From Anthoceros angustus (Eukaryota; Plantae; Anthocerotophyta), in contig VJWM01000016.1 of NCBI GenBank assembly GCA_010909165.1, positions 62,001 to 126,000 on the forward strand: a stretch of 64,000 nucleotides of DNA, given 5' to 3'. The notes under the pieces were generated by a model that had not been told where the DNA came from, searched no databases, and saw nothing but the letters and a program-made list of their open reading frames with translations. Below are positions 46,701 to 59,683 of the stretch, piece by piece. A program made the position numbers and the translations under genes. Each line of letters begins with the position of its first letter. The first letter of the stretch is position 1.

Positions 46701-49564
46701 GAGGGGATGGTGCGAGTATCCATGCTGCTCAAGAAGACGTTCCAGCATCGGTGTAAGATTAAGGGCTGACAGGAGCGGCTGTGAAAGTTGTGCATCCCAA
46801 CTTGGATATCGCCGAACTACTTCCCAAGTAGGAATGCGAGTTTTTCCAGTTTGTTGTGTGAGACTCTTCCTCGAGTTGCAATCTGGGCAAAGTCACAAGC
46901 ATACTCGATCTACAGACTCGCTGTTGAAGGACCCCAGGACCCCATGGAGACGGCCGGTGGAGTGCAGGAAGCATGGCCAGAGATAGTCCCTCCTCATTAC
47001 ACAGTCTTGCCAAACTCGTGTGTCCTGATACCTCCACTGTTGTAGAGCGGCCATCGCTATGGCAAGGGAGATGAAGCAATGTAGTGTACAGGAATTCAAG
47101 AATACTGCAAGATGCCCAAAGTAGGCTTGAAATTACAACGAAAACCAACACCTTACATAGTGGCCAGCAGCCACTTATCATAAGACGAGCAACCGGTGTG
47201 ATGACTGGCACCTATTATATGCTTACATTTTTCTAAGGTCGATTGGTCTTATGAGCAACACACACAAACAGATCCTGCTAACATCCACGACAACAAGAAC
47301 TGCAAGGCAACGATTTTACTCCGTATTGTGTTTATCAACCTTGCGCAGGCATTCCAGTTTATTCGTGTGCATATGCTGTATAACATGAGAGCCGCAGCGA
47401 GGCTTTCCATACCTTCCTGTGCTGGTTTCCTTTGGCTGGAGTCCTGAACAAACCCCGCCTAGCTATCAGTCGGTCGGAAAGCAGACGTTGAGCCTGCAAC
47501 CTGCAGCTCTAGAGATTGAAGACTGAAATGAAGGTACCTGCAAGTTGGCACTTAGCTTGATGATGCCGCTGATCAGGGGGAGTACCCCAGTGCGAGCTTG
47601 CTACGGGAAGGTGAGCCAAGACTGCAAGGTGTGTCGAATCTCACCAAGGTTTCATCAATTTGTACATGCTATAAAATGAAGGCGACAGCTCGCTTGCGGA
47701 TGCAAGCACAGGTGTACACAAGACTCGTGGTGATGAAACCACGCGCGTTTAAAGGGACCTGAATGAAACTGCTTCGACGTACCTTTGTCAAATGAAGTTG
47801 TTGGCGCTCAGTGTAGACCTCGGCTCTGGATGTGCAGCAACCCTTAACGCAAAGCCACGTCGGTAAGTGATCAAGCATAGCACCGGGGACTGCCTACCTC
47901 CCTCCTGCATCTCAGACTCCTGACACCTCTATTCCCTCTGTTCCCTCTCAGACGTGTTCCCTCTCTCCCCTCTCAGACTACAACCGGGCTTCATCTTCTA
48001 GCCTGAATCCTTTTCCCCCACCCTGTCCTCCCATCTCAGTGAACGCTTCTATATGTCGTTCTCGAGCTCCCCTGTACATGAATTGGCCTAGCTGCAGTTT
48101 GTGGATCGGTCCACGTACTGACAGTTCTTGTGACAGCTTTCGGAAGGATTTCTTGCAATTTTCCACTGCTAGCGCTGGCACTACCTGAAACAGTGCTATA
48201 TGCAACATCCTCCTCACGCGGCAACCTCCGGATGTCACAACCGGAGCGCTAACTTCAGCCCTTCCCTTAATGGTCTCGCATGAGCCTGGTTATTTTCGGG
48301 AGTATGTGAGGAGGTGCAACCTCCATGGACTGTACAGTCTGTGGGAGGCTTTCTGGAAGGTCAATCTAGCTCCAAAGGCAGCTGTGGGAGCACTGTTCTC
48401 GTAAACACATTTCGCTTCCATCGATCTACATGGAAGCGAAATGCTGTACCCTCAACCTGTATTTTGTAGTGAAACTTTATTTCAGAACAAAAGCCAAATA
48501 TGGCTCTGCCCCTGGCTCCTACTCTTTTTTTTCCATTGTGTTCGGGTATGGGAATGCGTTCCCCACATCTGATCGATTCTACAGACCTAGCTCGTGATAG
48601 GAGCTCTTGTATTATTTTATTCTTTATAAAGATCTTTAGTTTTTAAAAAAAATATGTATGCTCAACGTTGACCAACCTAGGGCTCAAGTAAGTTTTATAT
48701 TGAAACTTGGGCAACCTAGGGTTCCAGGGCTACTTGCAAAGTTGGCAAATTCTTTAACAAGGCTTGGAGCTCTCCTATCTCAACCAAATCCAGAGATAGC
48801 TAAGATTGGCTGGATGAGCTTGGAGAGACTTCCTTTCAGTTCCATATGGTTCTTGTCTAGAGTAGTTTATCTCCTCCCATCAAAAAAGAATTTTTAGAGT
48901 AGCTTTATATTAAGAGTTTAATATAGTTAACTAGGTAGTGTGTAAGATCATGATATTATATATATATATATATATAATTTATTAAGATTTGAGGATATTC
49001 TAGTTTCTAGTTCTTTTGTCATCAGTATATGGCTGCCCATACATATGATGGCATCTTAGAATCAATTTATTTTTATGTTGTTTTTGTTGTAAGATTTTGA
49101 AGATCGTGTCTAACCACTTAGAGTTTGAACTTCGAAGTGCACTTCAAATGAGTTGAAGGTGGAATTGCAATTCAAAATTCTTCATTTGCTGTTATGAGTG
49201 GTTCCAATTAGAGAGGGTCGACTGTATCTTTGTCGTAGAAGTGAGACTCATATTCCTTGTCGATTTGTGAAGTATACATCTTTCTCTCGTACATAGAAGT
49301 GCGGGCTCACATTCTTGTGTCTGTTTGTTGTTTTGTTGTCGAAACCTAGAAGTACATATATTTGTCGTAGAAGTGCGAGCGCATGTCGGTGTTGACGTTT
49401 CATTTGTTGTTATGCTCTTAATGTTATTGTTTGCCACTTTGTCCTCTAAACCTGGAAGTATCTTTGTCATAGAAGTGTGGGTGAAACACGTTTGTCATTT
49501 TGTTGTTGGTTTGTTGGGAGTACTTTTTCACTAAAGTGCTAGAATGCCCCTCAAATTTCTATGT

Positions 49565-49845
49565 CATTTTGTTGTCGGTTGTCAACCCGCAAGGAGTATG
49601 AGAAGTCGTAACAGTGCTAGAAATGCTGCTCAAATTCCCTTGTCGTTTTGTTTGTTGTCGGCTGAGGAGTATGAGAGGTTCAAAACTTAGTTTTGTTTTG
49701 TTGTCGGTCCATGAGGAGTATGAGCGGCTCAAAACTCTGTTTTGTTTTGTTGTCGGTCCATGAGGAGTATGAGCGGGTATGAGCAGCTCAAAACTCTATT
49801 TTGTTTTGTTGTCGGTCCGTGAGGAGTATGAGCGGCTCCAAACTC
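49565..49845. repeat. Minisatellite, ~49-bp unit x~5
   Basis: TTTTGTTTTGTTGTCGGTCCATGAGGAGTATGAGCGGCTCAAAACTCTG variants. Confidence 0.85.
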
Positions 49846-49892
49846 TCCTTTGTCCGTTTCGTTCCTTGCCTATGTGGAGGAATTAGTACGTA

Positions 49893-50287
49893 CAGTCCAC
49901 CCCCCCTAATTGGGACTGGTTCGGAGTGCCTTTAGAGGTCCCATTAAGGGAGGTGTCCCGATTATATTTTCCCTATTTAAAAATAATAAAATATTATAAA
50001 CTCTAAAATAAAAAATACCGGAAAAGGTTAGCTTAAGAGTCTTCAATCACAACTAAAAGTCTATTGTGCTCAAATAATCGATTCTTTTTTCTTTTTAATT
50101 TTTAAGTAAAACAAATAAAAATCCCATTTAGGAGGTGAAACTAACATGAATGTATGTTTCAAAAGGTCCCAATTATCATTTAGGAAAAGTCCCATTTATT
50201 ACATTGTAAACTAAAGGGAGTAGGATGGGAGGTCCCATTTAGAGAGGAATCCCATTTATAGAGTTCCCAATTAGGGGGGGCCGACTG
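49893..50287. mobile_element. Tc1/mariner-superfamily (pogo-like ends) MITE, copy 1 (~395 bp)
   Basis: TA TSD; TIRs CAGTCCACCCCCCCTAATTGGGA ... TCCCAATTAGGGGGGGCCGACTG; near-identical copy at 56567-56964 with different flanks. Confidence 0.92.
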
Positions 50288-51292
50288 TAGTTTGTTACAT
50301 GCATACTCATACTTATTTATATTTTTTTATAGATTATACTATATTTCAAATATATTTACCTGAGACTTGAGATCTTTATACATCTTATGTCGTCTTCAAT
50401 AGTACTGTACTTTCATACTTATATCCTTCCTGTTTTGACTTATTCTTTTTTTATCTGTCTTGATCTTGTATGATTTAAGGTCTACTTTATCTACTTTATT
50501 TTTATAAATATATTTATTTTAATTATTAATAAAAATAAAATAATTAAAACTTAATCTATATATGTATGTATTGACGGAACACGTATACGTAAAGGGTGCA
50601 TTTTGCAGGCCCCAAAGGCCCAACCGGGCCGAAGCGTGGGAAGCCTTCAGATGTGAAGGAAGTATGTAGCAAACCATTCAATTCAATTTCAATGGGTGGT
50701 CTCATGTGATGAGCTCGGGCGTTATTATACCTGGGTTGGTATAGGTATACATACGTCTTGACGGAACAGAGAGATACAGCCCAAGGCCCGACAGGGCCCC
50801 GACATGCCGAAGCGTGACAGACATGTAGGTGTGAAGTTACTACGTCCGTGGAGAGATTCCGAAACGATGAATGGACGTTTTGTGAGGGGGCAGGGGCGGG
50901 GCAGGCAGCGGCATGAGAGGGGCCCGGGGCGGTGGTGGAGGCAGCTCGCTGAAGGTGGGCCACCATCGAAGGACACTCGAGCTGAAGCCGCCCTCGGGGT
51001 TGAGCCAATGAGAACGCTCACCTGGCTGGCAGTCCCCTCCCAGTTCAGCCTTCTTAAACGCCCGCCATGGCCAGTTCCTCCCACATTCCTCAACCACGCT
51101 CGACGTAGCAAGCTCCCTTCCTGCCTGCACCTGCCTGCCCCTGCTTGCATTTGCAAGCCGGCGCCGATTGGCACCAAGGGATCGATCTTCTGCTCTTGCT
51201 CTCTACCGCCGCGCTCTCGAGCAATCGCAAGCTCGATCCTCCAGTGCGGCGGGTGTGCTTGGCTATCAGCCCGGCTGGAGCAAGGTTCTACC

Positions 51293-53398
51293 ATGGGTGC
51301 CCATTATTTGTGGGCGTGGTTTGTGGCGGCGCTGCTGCTGCTTGTGGTGGTGGTGGTGGTTGAAGGAAGGGCGTGCTGAAGCGGCGCCGGGAGGCGCGAT
51401 GCCGCCCACGGCCCCGGGCCCAGGCCGCTTCCCCGGGCGCCGCCCCTCCCGCTGGCCGACTTCGACTTCCATCTGCGAGACCCGAACTCGCCCGTCGCCT
51501 TCCTTGCCGACCTGGTGACCCGGGTCGGCCGGATCCTGAGCCTGCGCCTGGGCGCCTTCCCATCCATCCTCGTCGCAAAGGCAAGCATCGCGGAGGAGGC
51601 GCTGCGGGAGGAGAAGTACGCCACCGTCTTCCACTCCCAGCTCCACATGCCCCCGTGGAGGCGCCTGGTCGGAAGCCACGCCCACTGCGTGCCCAACCAG
51701 GATCTCCGCTGGCAGGCCATCCGCTGCGGCGCCGCCAGGGTAATCAAGCAACGCAAACTCCAACTCCCTCGCTGTGTGTTCTTGACGAATCCATCGGCCT
51801 GGGGAGCAGCTTGCCTGCTTGCTATGGTCGACCTGTGTTGGAACAACCTTGGACTGATGTATCCTTGTGCGGTGTACGTGTGCAGCTCATGATGTCGCAG
51901 GACAGCCTGGCCACATGTACCGCCCACAACCCTCGGAGGCAGGCGGCCATCGCTCACGCCCTGGCCATGTTCGCGCAGCGGGCCGGCCAGCTGGGAGCTG
52001 TGGTGACCGTGATGGACGTCTTCGGGCCGATGGTATGCGACCTCATGCTGCTGCTCTGCTTCGGGGAGTACCCGGTGCAGCTGGGATCAGCGCTAGCGTC
52101 GGTCCAAGTGCGGGCGGTGCTGGAGGCTATGGTGACGACCGGCACCGCGTCCCAGGCGAACCCCTTGCTCTGCGCCCTGGACTGGATTCAAGGGGTCCGC
52201 CTCCTCCACCGCGTCCACACCACCATCAAGCAGCGGAGCTACAACTTAATGCTGGCCACCTTCACGTCTGCGGTTCTGCCGCTCATCGAGCGATGCCGCA
52301 CCCGACACGGCATCCCCGCTCACATCCCCGACCAGGAGGCGCCTACCCGGACCCCGACCCCGACCCCGACCCCGACGGCAGCCCCCGGCAGCGGAAGCAG
52401 TGACACTGACTCGGACGAGTCCGACGAAGATCAAGAGGCCGGGCTCCTTCCCGAGGGGCGAGCAGGGGAGGGCAGCACGTTCGAATTCGATGTTTCAGCC
52501 GAGGACTTCTCGCTGAAGCCATCGGCCCCGGTTGATCCCCAGCTTGTGGCCTTCGTCTCGGAGATCTCCTCGCACGGGTCGGGAATGTGTGGGCTCGGGG
52601 CCGAATCCCCGTATCTCATCCCCTTCCTGTATGCAGGTCGAGGGATGCGGATGACGGCGGAAGAAACGGTGGCAGTGTGTCTGGAGTTTTTGCAGGCAGG
52701 CTACTTGACCATGACGCGTGCTCTGGAATGCGCAATGTCCCATCTTATCAACAACCCAGAAATTCAAGAGAAGCTGTTCATGGAGATCAGCAGTGTTGTT
52801 GGTACCACTAGACCCGTCGTCGAGACCGACCTGCGGAATCTCCACTATCTGGATGCTCTTGTGCGAGAGACACTGCGACTCAACCCTCCGGTGCCTCTCA
52901 TGACTGTCCCGTCCCCGACCAGAGCATGCGAGCTTGCAGGGTTCAACATCCCTCAGAACGCGACGATGCAGGTCCATCTCAAGGCCATCGGTGAGTGCCT
53001 GGAATACCACAGAAACGTCTGCAACTTTCAATGTTTTTATTTTCCGATGTCGCTTAGGTTCTGGAGTCACGAGTCATGTCCGTTGTTTGTAAGCTCACCG
53101 GATTCCATGTACAGGCCAGGACCCTGAGGTGTGGAATGACCCAGATCGCTTCATTCCAGAGAGATTCCTGGTGGATTCCAGCGCAGAACTCGGTCGCAGC
53201 ATGCTCCCCTTCGGCGTCGGCAAGATCTCATGTCCCGCCAAGAAACTGGCAGCTGTGAGTCTCAAGTTGGCGATTGCCCGCATGGTGCAACGCTTCCGCT
53301 GGAACCCACCTCCGGGGGATGAGCGTGTGCCGTTGGGAGTGCCAGGCAACCAAATCTCCAGGTCCTCTGTCAAAGCATCCATTACTTCGCGGACCTGA
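51293..53398 (+). pseudogene. Divergent cytochrome P450 with one in-frame TGA at codon 29; join(51293..51739,51886..52990,53115..53398)
   Basis: Anchor MGAHYLWAWFVAALLLLVVVVVV, then TGA at 51377-51379, then the same frame continues (…ILSLRLGAFPSILV…). GT-AG introns in phase 0 and 1. Motifs ETLR, PERF, heme PFGVGKISCPA and I-helix QAGYLT. Confidence 0.8.
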
Positions 53399-54698
53399 TG
53401 GCTTCATGAGATGGAACAACGGTAGCGGCACAAGCGCCTGTTACAGCTAGGTAGATAACTACTACATACTTGGTTTGGTTTAAAACGCGGAAGGAAAGTT
53501 TTGGTTTGGTTTCTTGAACTTGCTTGCAAGTGTCTGTCGGCAAGATACAATGTCCAATGTTGTGCTAGTAGCCGCTATTAAGGGCTGTTGTTGCCCACGA
53601 TCTCAACATTATGGAGCCCATGTGGACTCCTCCACGACAGTAAGCTATCGGTACTCGGGACATTTAAGCCGGATTCCAACGATAAATGTTCTTGAAATCT
53701 CTGTGCATTAACAGTGTGCCGTCCGAAGCCAAAAACGAGACATGGATTCTTTGATCGATTGATGAGCAAAGAATTTTATCAGCACCAGCAGGATGGAGGC
53801 AAAACATATCGGTGAGTTGCCTTGTCTTCGGGTGTAAGAAATACACTCCTCAGGATGCTATTTGCACGCGGCAAATGACGCTCCACTTTAGCTGTGGACA
53901 GATCTACACAACCTGGCCACTGGCCACTGGCCATGGGCAGCAACCAGAAATCAATACATGCTGAACAGCCCTTCTCACAGACTACCAGTCGCTGTCCACC
54001 GCGCAATATCAACCACACGCTGCAGAATTGGTTATGGTAAAACCACAAGAAGAAGCTTGCGTACACGATCAGTATTGTGAGGATGGTCTCTGAGCCTGTT
54101 CATGAATGGTTGCATGCTTGTAGTCGTCAAGCGTACAAAGTGCAGCAAGCGAAATACAAGGTGCACGCATGTGTAACGTGTTTGGTCTTGATACTTGTTC
54201 ATTTTGGGCATGCTAACCTTACAGGCCAGAGGACAGCCCTGCTGCGTTATGAGGCAACAACTTCTCCCGAAGGGCGAGTCCTGGAAATTCTCACTCATTC
54301 CAGTGGAGACTGCCTGGTAGGCCACATCATCAGAATCGTCCAAACAGCTCTTTGTGTTGCATCGCAACATGCAAGGCCCACCATTGCTCACGTCAGGCCC
54401 TGCTCTCCTGTACCAGAGCTCTTGAAGATATGCACGGAGTAATGCACCAGCTGATGTAGCAGGACCCTGCAAACTCCGGGCCTTACCGATCTAGTGTGGC
54501 TGTAAGGCTTGCTAGGGACCAGAAGCGACCAGCTACATCTACAGGGCTACGATTCCGCCATCTGTGCATACTGCTGGACAGGCACAGCAGAAACGATGTT
54601 TTTTGGCCGATACCTCACCACTCTCCACTATGCGACCAGGCACCAAGGTTACTGCTTGAACACAACATGATTCGGTGGAAGAAGGGAGCTTGCAACAG

Positions 54699-55688
54699 TG
54701 GTGGCCCAACTTCCACATATGGCACACACCTCATGGCACACTTCATGAGACGGCTATCTGAGGTGTCACAGCATACTGCAGAGCAAAGGAAAAATTCGCA
54801 GCAAGCTGCTGCTGCACCTTCTGGTGCTACCAAGTGACAATTTTTCCTCACAGAAGCGTTGTCACACAGCTACCACTATCACCAGGGTGCACATCATTAG
54901 TGACTGGCCCGAACTGCCAAGAAATTACTCCTGCCTGGCTTACGGGCTGAACTTGGCACTCCCAACATGCACGCTGATCCGGCGTGTTCAGAAGACCGTT
55001 CCAGTTTCGTGAGGCGCACTTCCATTTTTTCAGAGAGCTGAGTGAGGTACGGCTAGAATAGCTTCCTCTTTGATGGTCAGAATATCCACGATCTCCAACA
55101 TCTATCTTCTGAACACTGTTATGCATAGATCAGGGTTAAAGGGACATGCAAGGTTAGCTTCCTCTCAGCATCTCAGCACCTACTTCGTACAGCCACACGG
55201 GTAGATTAGACTTTTCACATTTCGTTTTTTCTCCACAATCAGGGACCTTCTTCATACAGGAATGCCAGAACAGCAGGGCTAGCCTGTGAGCAGAATGCCA
55301 GTATGCGGATATCAGAATTGACAGCAGCCTGAGACCCGCTGGATCACACGAAGTCACTGTCCAGGTTGCAGACAGCACCGGTCAGTCAATCCTGGGATAG
55401 ATTAGCTGGGAAAATCTGGATCCACACTCTGAAGGTATGGTAGGATCGCTGGACGACCTGGAGAAAAAGGCAGCACTCACAGCAACACAGGCAGATGTAA
55501 ATGGATGAAAAGTCGTTGGTGTTGTGGACCACAAAATGTCATCTTACAGCGCCCACCTCCTGTTGGAACGACTCCCGACTCCCACATAAAGAGTTCACCT
55601 TCTGAGCACTGGCTAGTTCTTCTTCATGTTCGACCTTTACAGCTGCAACAAGCAGCTGCGAATCGATGCACAAGGTACCCATCCCTTA
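54699..55688. repeat. ~0.99-kb near-identical direct repeat, copy 1
   Basis: TGGTGGCCCAACTTCCACATATGG...GGTACCCATCCCTT, repeated at 57979-58960 with only small indels. Confidence 0.95.
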
Positions 55689-56566
55689 CAACAATGTCCC
55701 TGCTTTCAACCGTTGACATGATCTCGGTGGAACTGTGGCAGTCACTGCACATGTGTAGATTCTTTGTTACCAACAGAGGTGTGCCACTCGGAGTGTTCAA
55801 CAGACCAAACGCCAGATCTTCTCAGCATGCCCACAAAGCACATATATCTTCCTTTTCCTTGTCACACAGGGGCTCCGGAGCACTTTGTGTGCGGCACGTG
55901 GTCCCCCCTGCTTCACATGTGTATTCATGCTCTCCACCTTGAGCACAATATCATCTCTGTTTCCTCCCACGAATGTATGTACCTGCTTCTTCACTTGAAT
56001 GCTCGCCACTGCAGGTTTCTTGTTAGCTCCTGCTACCCTTCTCTGTGTTTCAATCCACTCTCCATCAATCCGCCGGAATTCGCTCTGTTCTGTGCAGTCT
56101 GTTTCTCAAGGCGGAAGAAACTCGGTCAAGGGCAAAGGGCAAGGACAACCTGGTAGGGCTCAAATAGGTCTCCACGGTCACCAGGCCACCGAGGCTGTCA
56201 CCCATCCGATAGCCTTCACCACCGGCTTCCCGTCCTTCTTCTTTGTGGGTATGACTCCGCATTATTCTGCTCACCCTCCAAAGTATGGGGAAATGGCTGT
56301 GGACTTCCATAAATTTCTCAAGTCCTATACTAAATCCTCCCGGGCTGTCCTTTCTTATTTTCTCAAGTCCTATACTAAATCCTCCCGGGCTGTCCTTTCT
56401 TATTTCACAGTTTACTTCAAACAGCAGCTCTTCATTACCTTGCAGGCCCTCTTGCTCTCCATTACCTTGCAGGCCCTCTTGACAGTAATCCTTCAAAAGA
56501 TGGTAATGGCCGTGACGTTTTTTCTTCTCCGTCCATAATTTACAGGCCATTTGTTCTTCCTATATA

Positions 56567-56964
56567 CAGTCCACCCCCCCTAATTGGGACTGGTTCGGAG
56601 TGCCTTTAGAGGTCCCATTAAGGGAGGTGTCCCGATTATATTTTCCCTATTTAAAAATAATAAAATATTATAAACTCTAAAAATAAAAAAAATACCGGAA
56701 AAGGTTAGCTTAAGAGTCTTCAATCACAACTAAAAGTCTATTGTGCTCAAATAATCGATTCTTTTTCTTTTTAATTTTTTAAGTAAAACAAATAAAATCC
56801 CATTTAGGAGGTGAAACTAACATGAATGTATGTTTCAAAAGGTCCCAATTATCATTTAGGGAAAAGTCCCATTTATTACATTGTAAACTAAAGGGAGTAG
56901 GATGGGAGGTCCCATTTAGAGAGGAATCCCATTTATAGAGTTCCCAATTAGGGGGGGCCGACTG
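56567..56964. mobile_element. Tc1/mariner-superfamily MITE, copy 2
   Basis: Same TIRs and TA TSD as 49893-50287; differs essentially in homopolymer lengths. Confidence 0.92.
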
Positions 56965-57978
56965 TATAAGGTTCTGGGAGTAATAAATAACTTTAGATAA
57001 AGAATTTAATCACTCCTTTTTACCTTAGGTATTTTTTTATCGTTTTTTTCCTCAATAAAATATATCGCTATATGGGGGCTTTCTCTTTCTGGTTGTCTCA
57101 TATGCCACTGCGGGGCTGCAGCTCGGCATGCCAAGCCTGCTGCCGTTGGCAGGCCGGTGATGAGCGATGAAATTACCGGTGGGGATTGCATCAACACCAG
57201 CGTGCTGACGCTATGTACGTGGACTTCCTGCAAAGCCTGTCCTTCCCCGATTCCCGGGAGTCCTGCTACCCGAGCTTCTGGACACCGTCGCCGCACGAGT
57301 CAGAGCAAACGGCGGATCCCACCTGCCGGAAGGGCACATCAAAACGGGAGTTGCGTACGGGCATCTAGTTCACAGCTTCCACCCCGTCGACGCACAAGCA
57401 AAGATCGAACATTGCGCGGCTGTCCCTGGTGGTGGACGGGGCAGGTTCAAGTCCGGAATAGCTGAGCTCTTCTCGTCCTCGGGCTCTGCCTCGCAAGATG
57501 AGCTCTTCTTCAACAGCCTGTATCCGATGGTCCCCGACCTTATGGATGTGATTGACTTCGGGAACGACGTGATGTCCTTGGACAGCTACAGGAAGGAGAG
57601 GATTCCATCGCCATTCTGGCCCACGCCAGGATCCACAATCTGCCGCTTCTTCAATCTCTTCGGGACAGAATGCAGGCTGTGATCCATTCGAGGTGTGTCA
57701 TGACTGACGGCCCTGGCCGACAGAACTGGTTCTGATGCAATCAAGGACAGGATTGTGATCTTCTTTCAAGAATATCTGAGTTGGCATGTCGCAATCAAAC
57801 GGTATCGGCTGGATGAAATTTTGGGCGGGTGGTACAACGGCGGCTTCTGGACATCAACACGTACAAGAGTTACTTTCCAAGTGTGCTCCCTGCAGCTGCA
57901 TACCATCGACCTTGCAAATCAGCACTCCGTGGATGTATGGAATGTGGGTGATCTTCAATGATGAAAAATGTACTCCAA

Positions 57979-58960
57979 TGGTGGCCCAACTTCCACATAT
58001 GGCACACACCTCATGGCACACACTTCATGAGACGGCTATCTGAGGTGTCACAGCATACTGCAGAGCAAAGGAAAAATTCGCAGCAAGCTGCTGCACCTTC
58101 TGGTGCTACCAAGTGACAATTTTTCCTCACAGAAGCGTTGTCACACAGCTACCACTATCACCAGGGTGCACATCATTAGTGACTGGCCCGAACTGCCAAG
58201 AAATTACTCCTGCCTGGCTTACGGGCTGAACTTGGCACTCCCAACATGCACGCTGATCCGGCGTGTTCAGAAGACCGTTCCAGTTTCGTGAGGCGCACTT
58301 CCATTTTTCAGAGAGCTGAGTGAGGTACGGCTAGAATAGCTTCCTCTTTGATGGTCAGAATATCCACGATCTCCAACATCTATCTTCTGAACACTGTTAT
58401 GCATAGATCAGGGTTAAAGGGACATGCAAGGTTAGCTTCCTCTCAGCATCTCAGCACCTACTTCGTACAGCCACACGGGTAGATTAGACTTTTCACATTT
58501 CGTTTTTCTCCACAATCAGGGACCTTCTTCATACAGGAATGCCAGAACAGCAGGGCTAGCCTGTGAGCAGAATGCCAGTATGCGGATATCAGAATTGACA
58601 GCAGCCTGAGACCCGCTGGATCACACGAAGTCACTGTCCAGGTTGCAGACAGCACCGGTCAGTCAATCCTGGGATAGATTAGCTGGGAAAATCTGGATCC
58701 ACACTCTGAAGGTATGGTAGGATCGCTGGACGACCTGGAGAAAAGGCAGCACTCACAGCAACACAGGCAGATGTAAATGGATGAAAAGTCGTTGGTGTTG
58801 TGGACCACAAAATGTCATCTTACAGCGCCCACCTCCTGTTGGAACGACTGACTCCCACATAAAGAGTTCACCTTCTGAGCACTGGCTAGTTCTTCTTCAT
58901 GTTCGACCTTTACAGCTGCAACAAGCAGCTGCGAATCGATGCACAAGGTACCCATCCCTT
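57979..58960. repeat. ~0.98-kb near-identical direct repeat, copy 2
   Basis: Copy of 54699-55688. Confidence 0.95.
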
Positions 58961-59683
58961 TCGTCCTAGATGAAGTCCGAGAATTCTTCCCCTTCTATAG
59001 ACCCTTCTCCACCTCATTGACCTTAGAGGCTAGTTCTCCACCCCACTTCACCTTCTTTATCTGGTACATAAAAGCCCTCCATTGACTTCACTTCCTCTTC
59101 CGGGCCTCCTCTAAAGAACTTGTAAATCTTTCTCATAGTAATGTAAAGCTCTTCACCTCACTCCCATCTAGAAATATCCTTGAAACGGAAGTTTCCGTCC
59201 CATCTAGAAATATCCTTGAAAAGAAAGTTTCCGTCATTTTCTGGTCCACTTGTTTCGGATCTCTATGCGTTTAACCAAGTGACCTAATATTGACCTTTCC
59301 AGAATGCCTACTATTGAGCTTTATGACTCTTCAGCTTTACGACTTCAATTGCTCTTGTGCCTCACGACTTCAATTGCTCTTGAGTGCTCTGAACCTTTGA
59401 GTTGCTCTAAACGTTCAGGGAGTGAAAGTAGCTACCTGCCTATTCTCAACTGGTTAATTCTAAAAGTTTAAAAATACCACATAATATAACTGTGTAGAAT
59501 ATTCACTATAGCTTGAATAAACTGTTCAATTTCTCGTTAGATTTGCCACCCTTTTCTCTCTCAGGTATTTCCCTTCAGCGTTGGTAGAAAACTAGACCCC
59601 AATCTTAGTTTTAACATGTTTCCTAGCCTAGAAACCCAAAAGCCAGAACAACAATTGTTCCCCTGTACAAGGTATGTCAAGTG

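Noticed and set aside
44600-48400. Coding-like sequence with scattered splice-like signals
   Set aside because: No consistent gene model or recognisable motif on either strand; TBLASTX or RNA-seq is needed.
51377-51379. Selenocysteine or RNA-editing rescue of the in-frame TGA
   Set aside because: Land plants lack Sec machinery, U-to-C editing is organellar, and the position is a non-catalytic linker.
51373-53127. 584-aa ORF as the complete P450
   Set aside because: Its first ~170 codons are off-frame exon 1 plus intron, and its tail is intron 2; only 51886-52990 is a true exon.
53750-58960. Possible degraded gene(s) in and around the duplicated block
   Set aside because: Only short broken ORFs with no family signature I can support.
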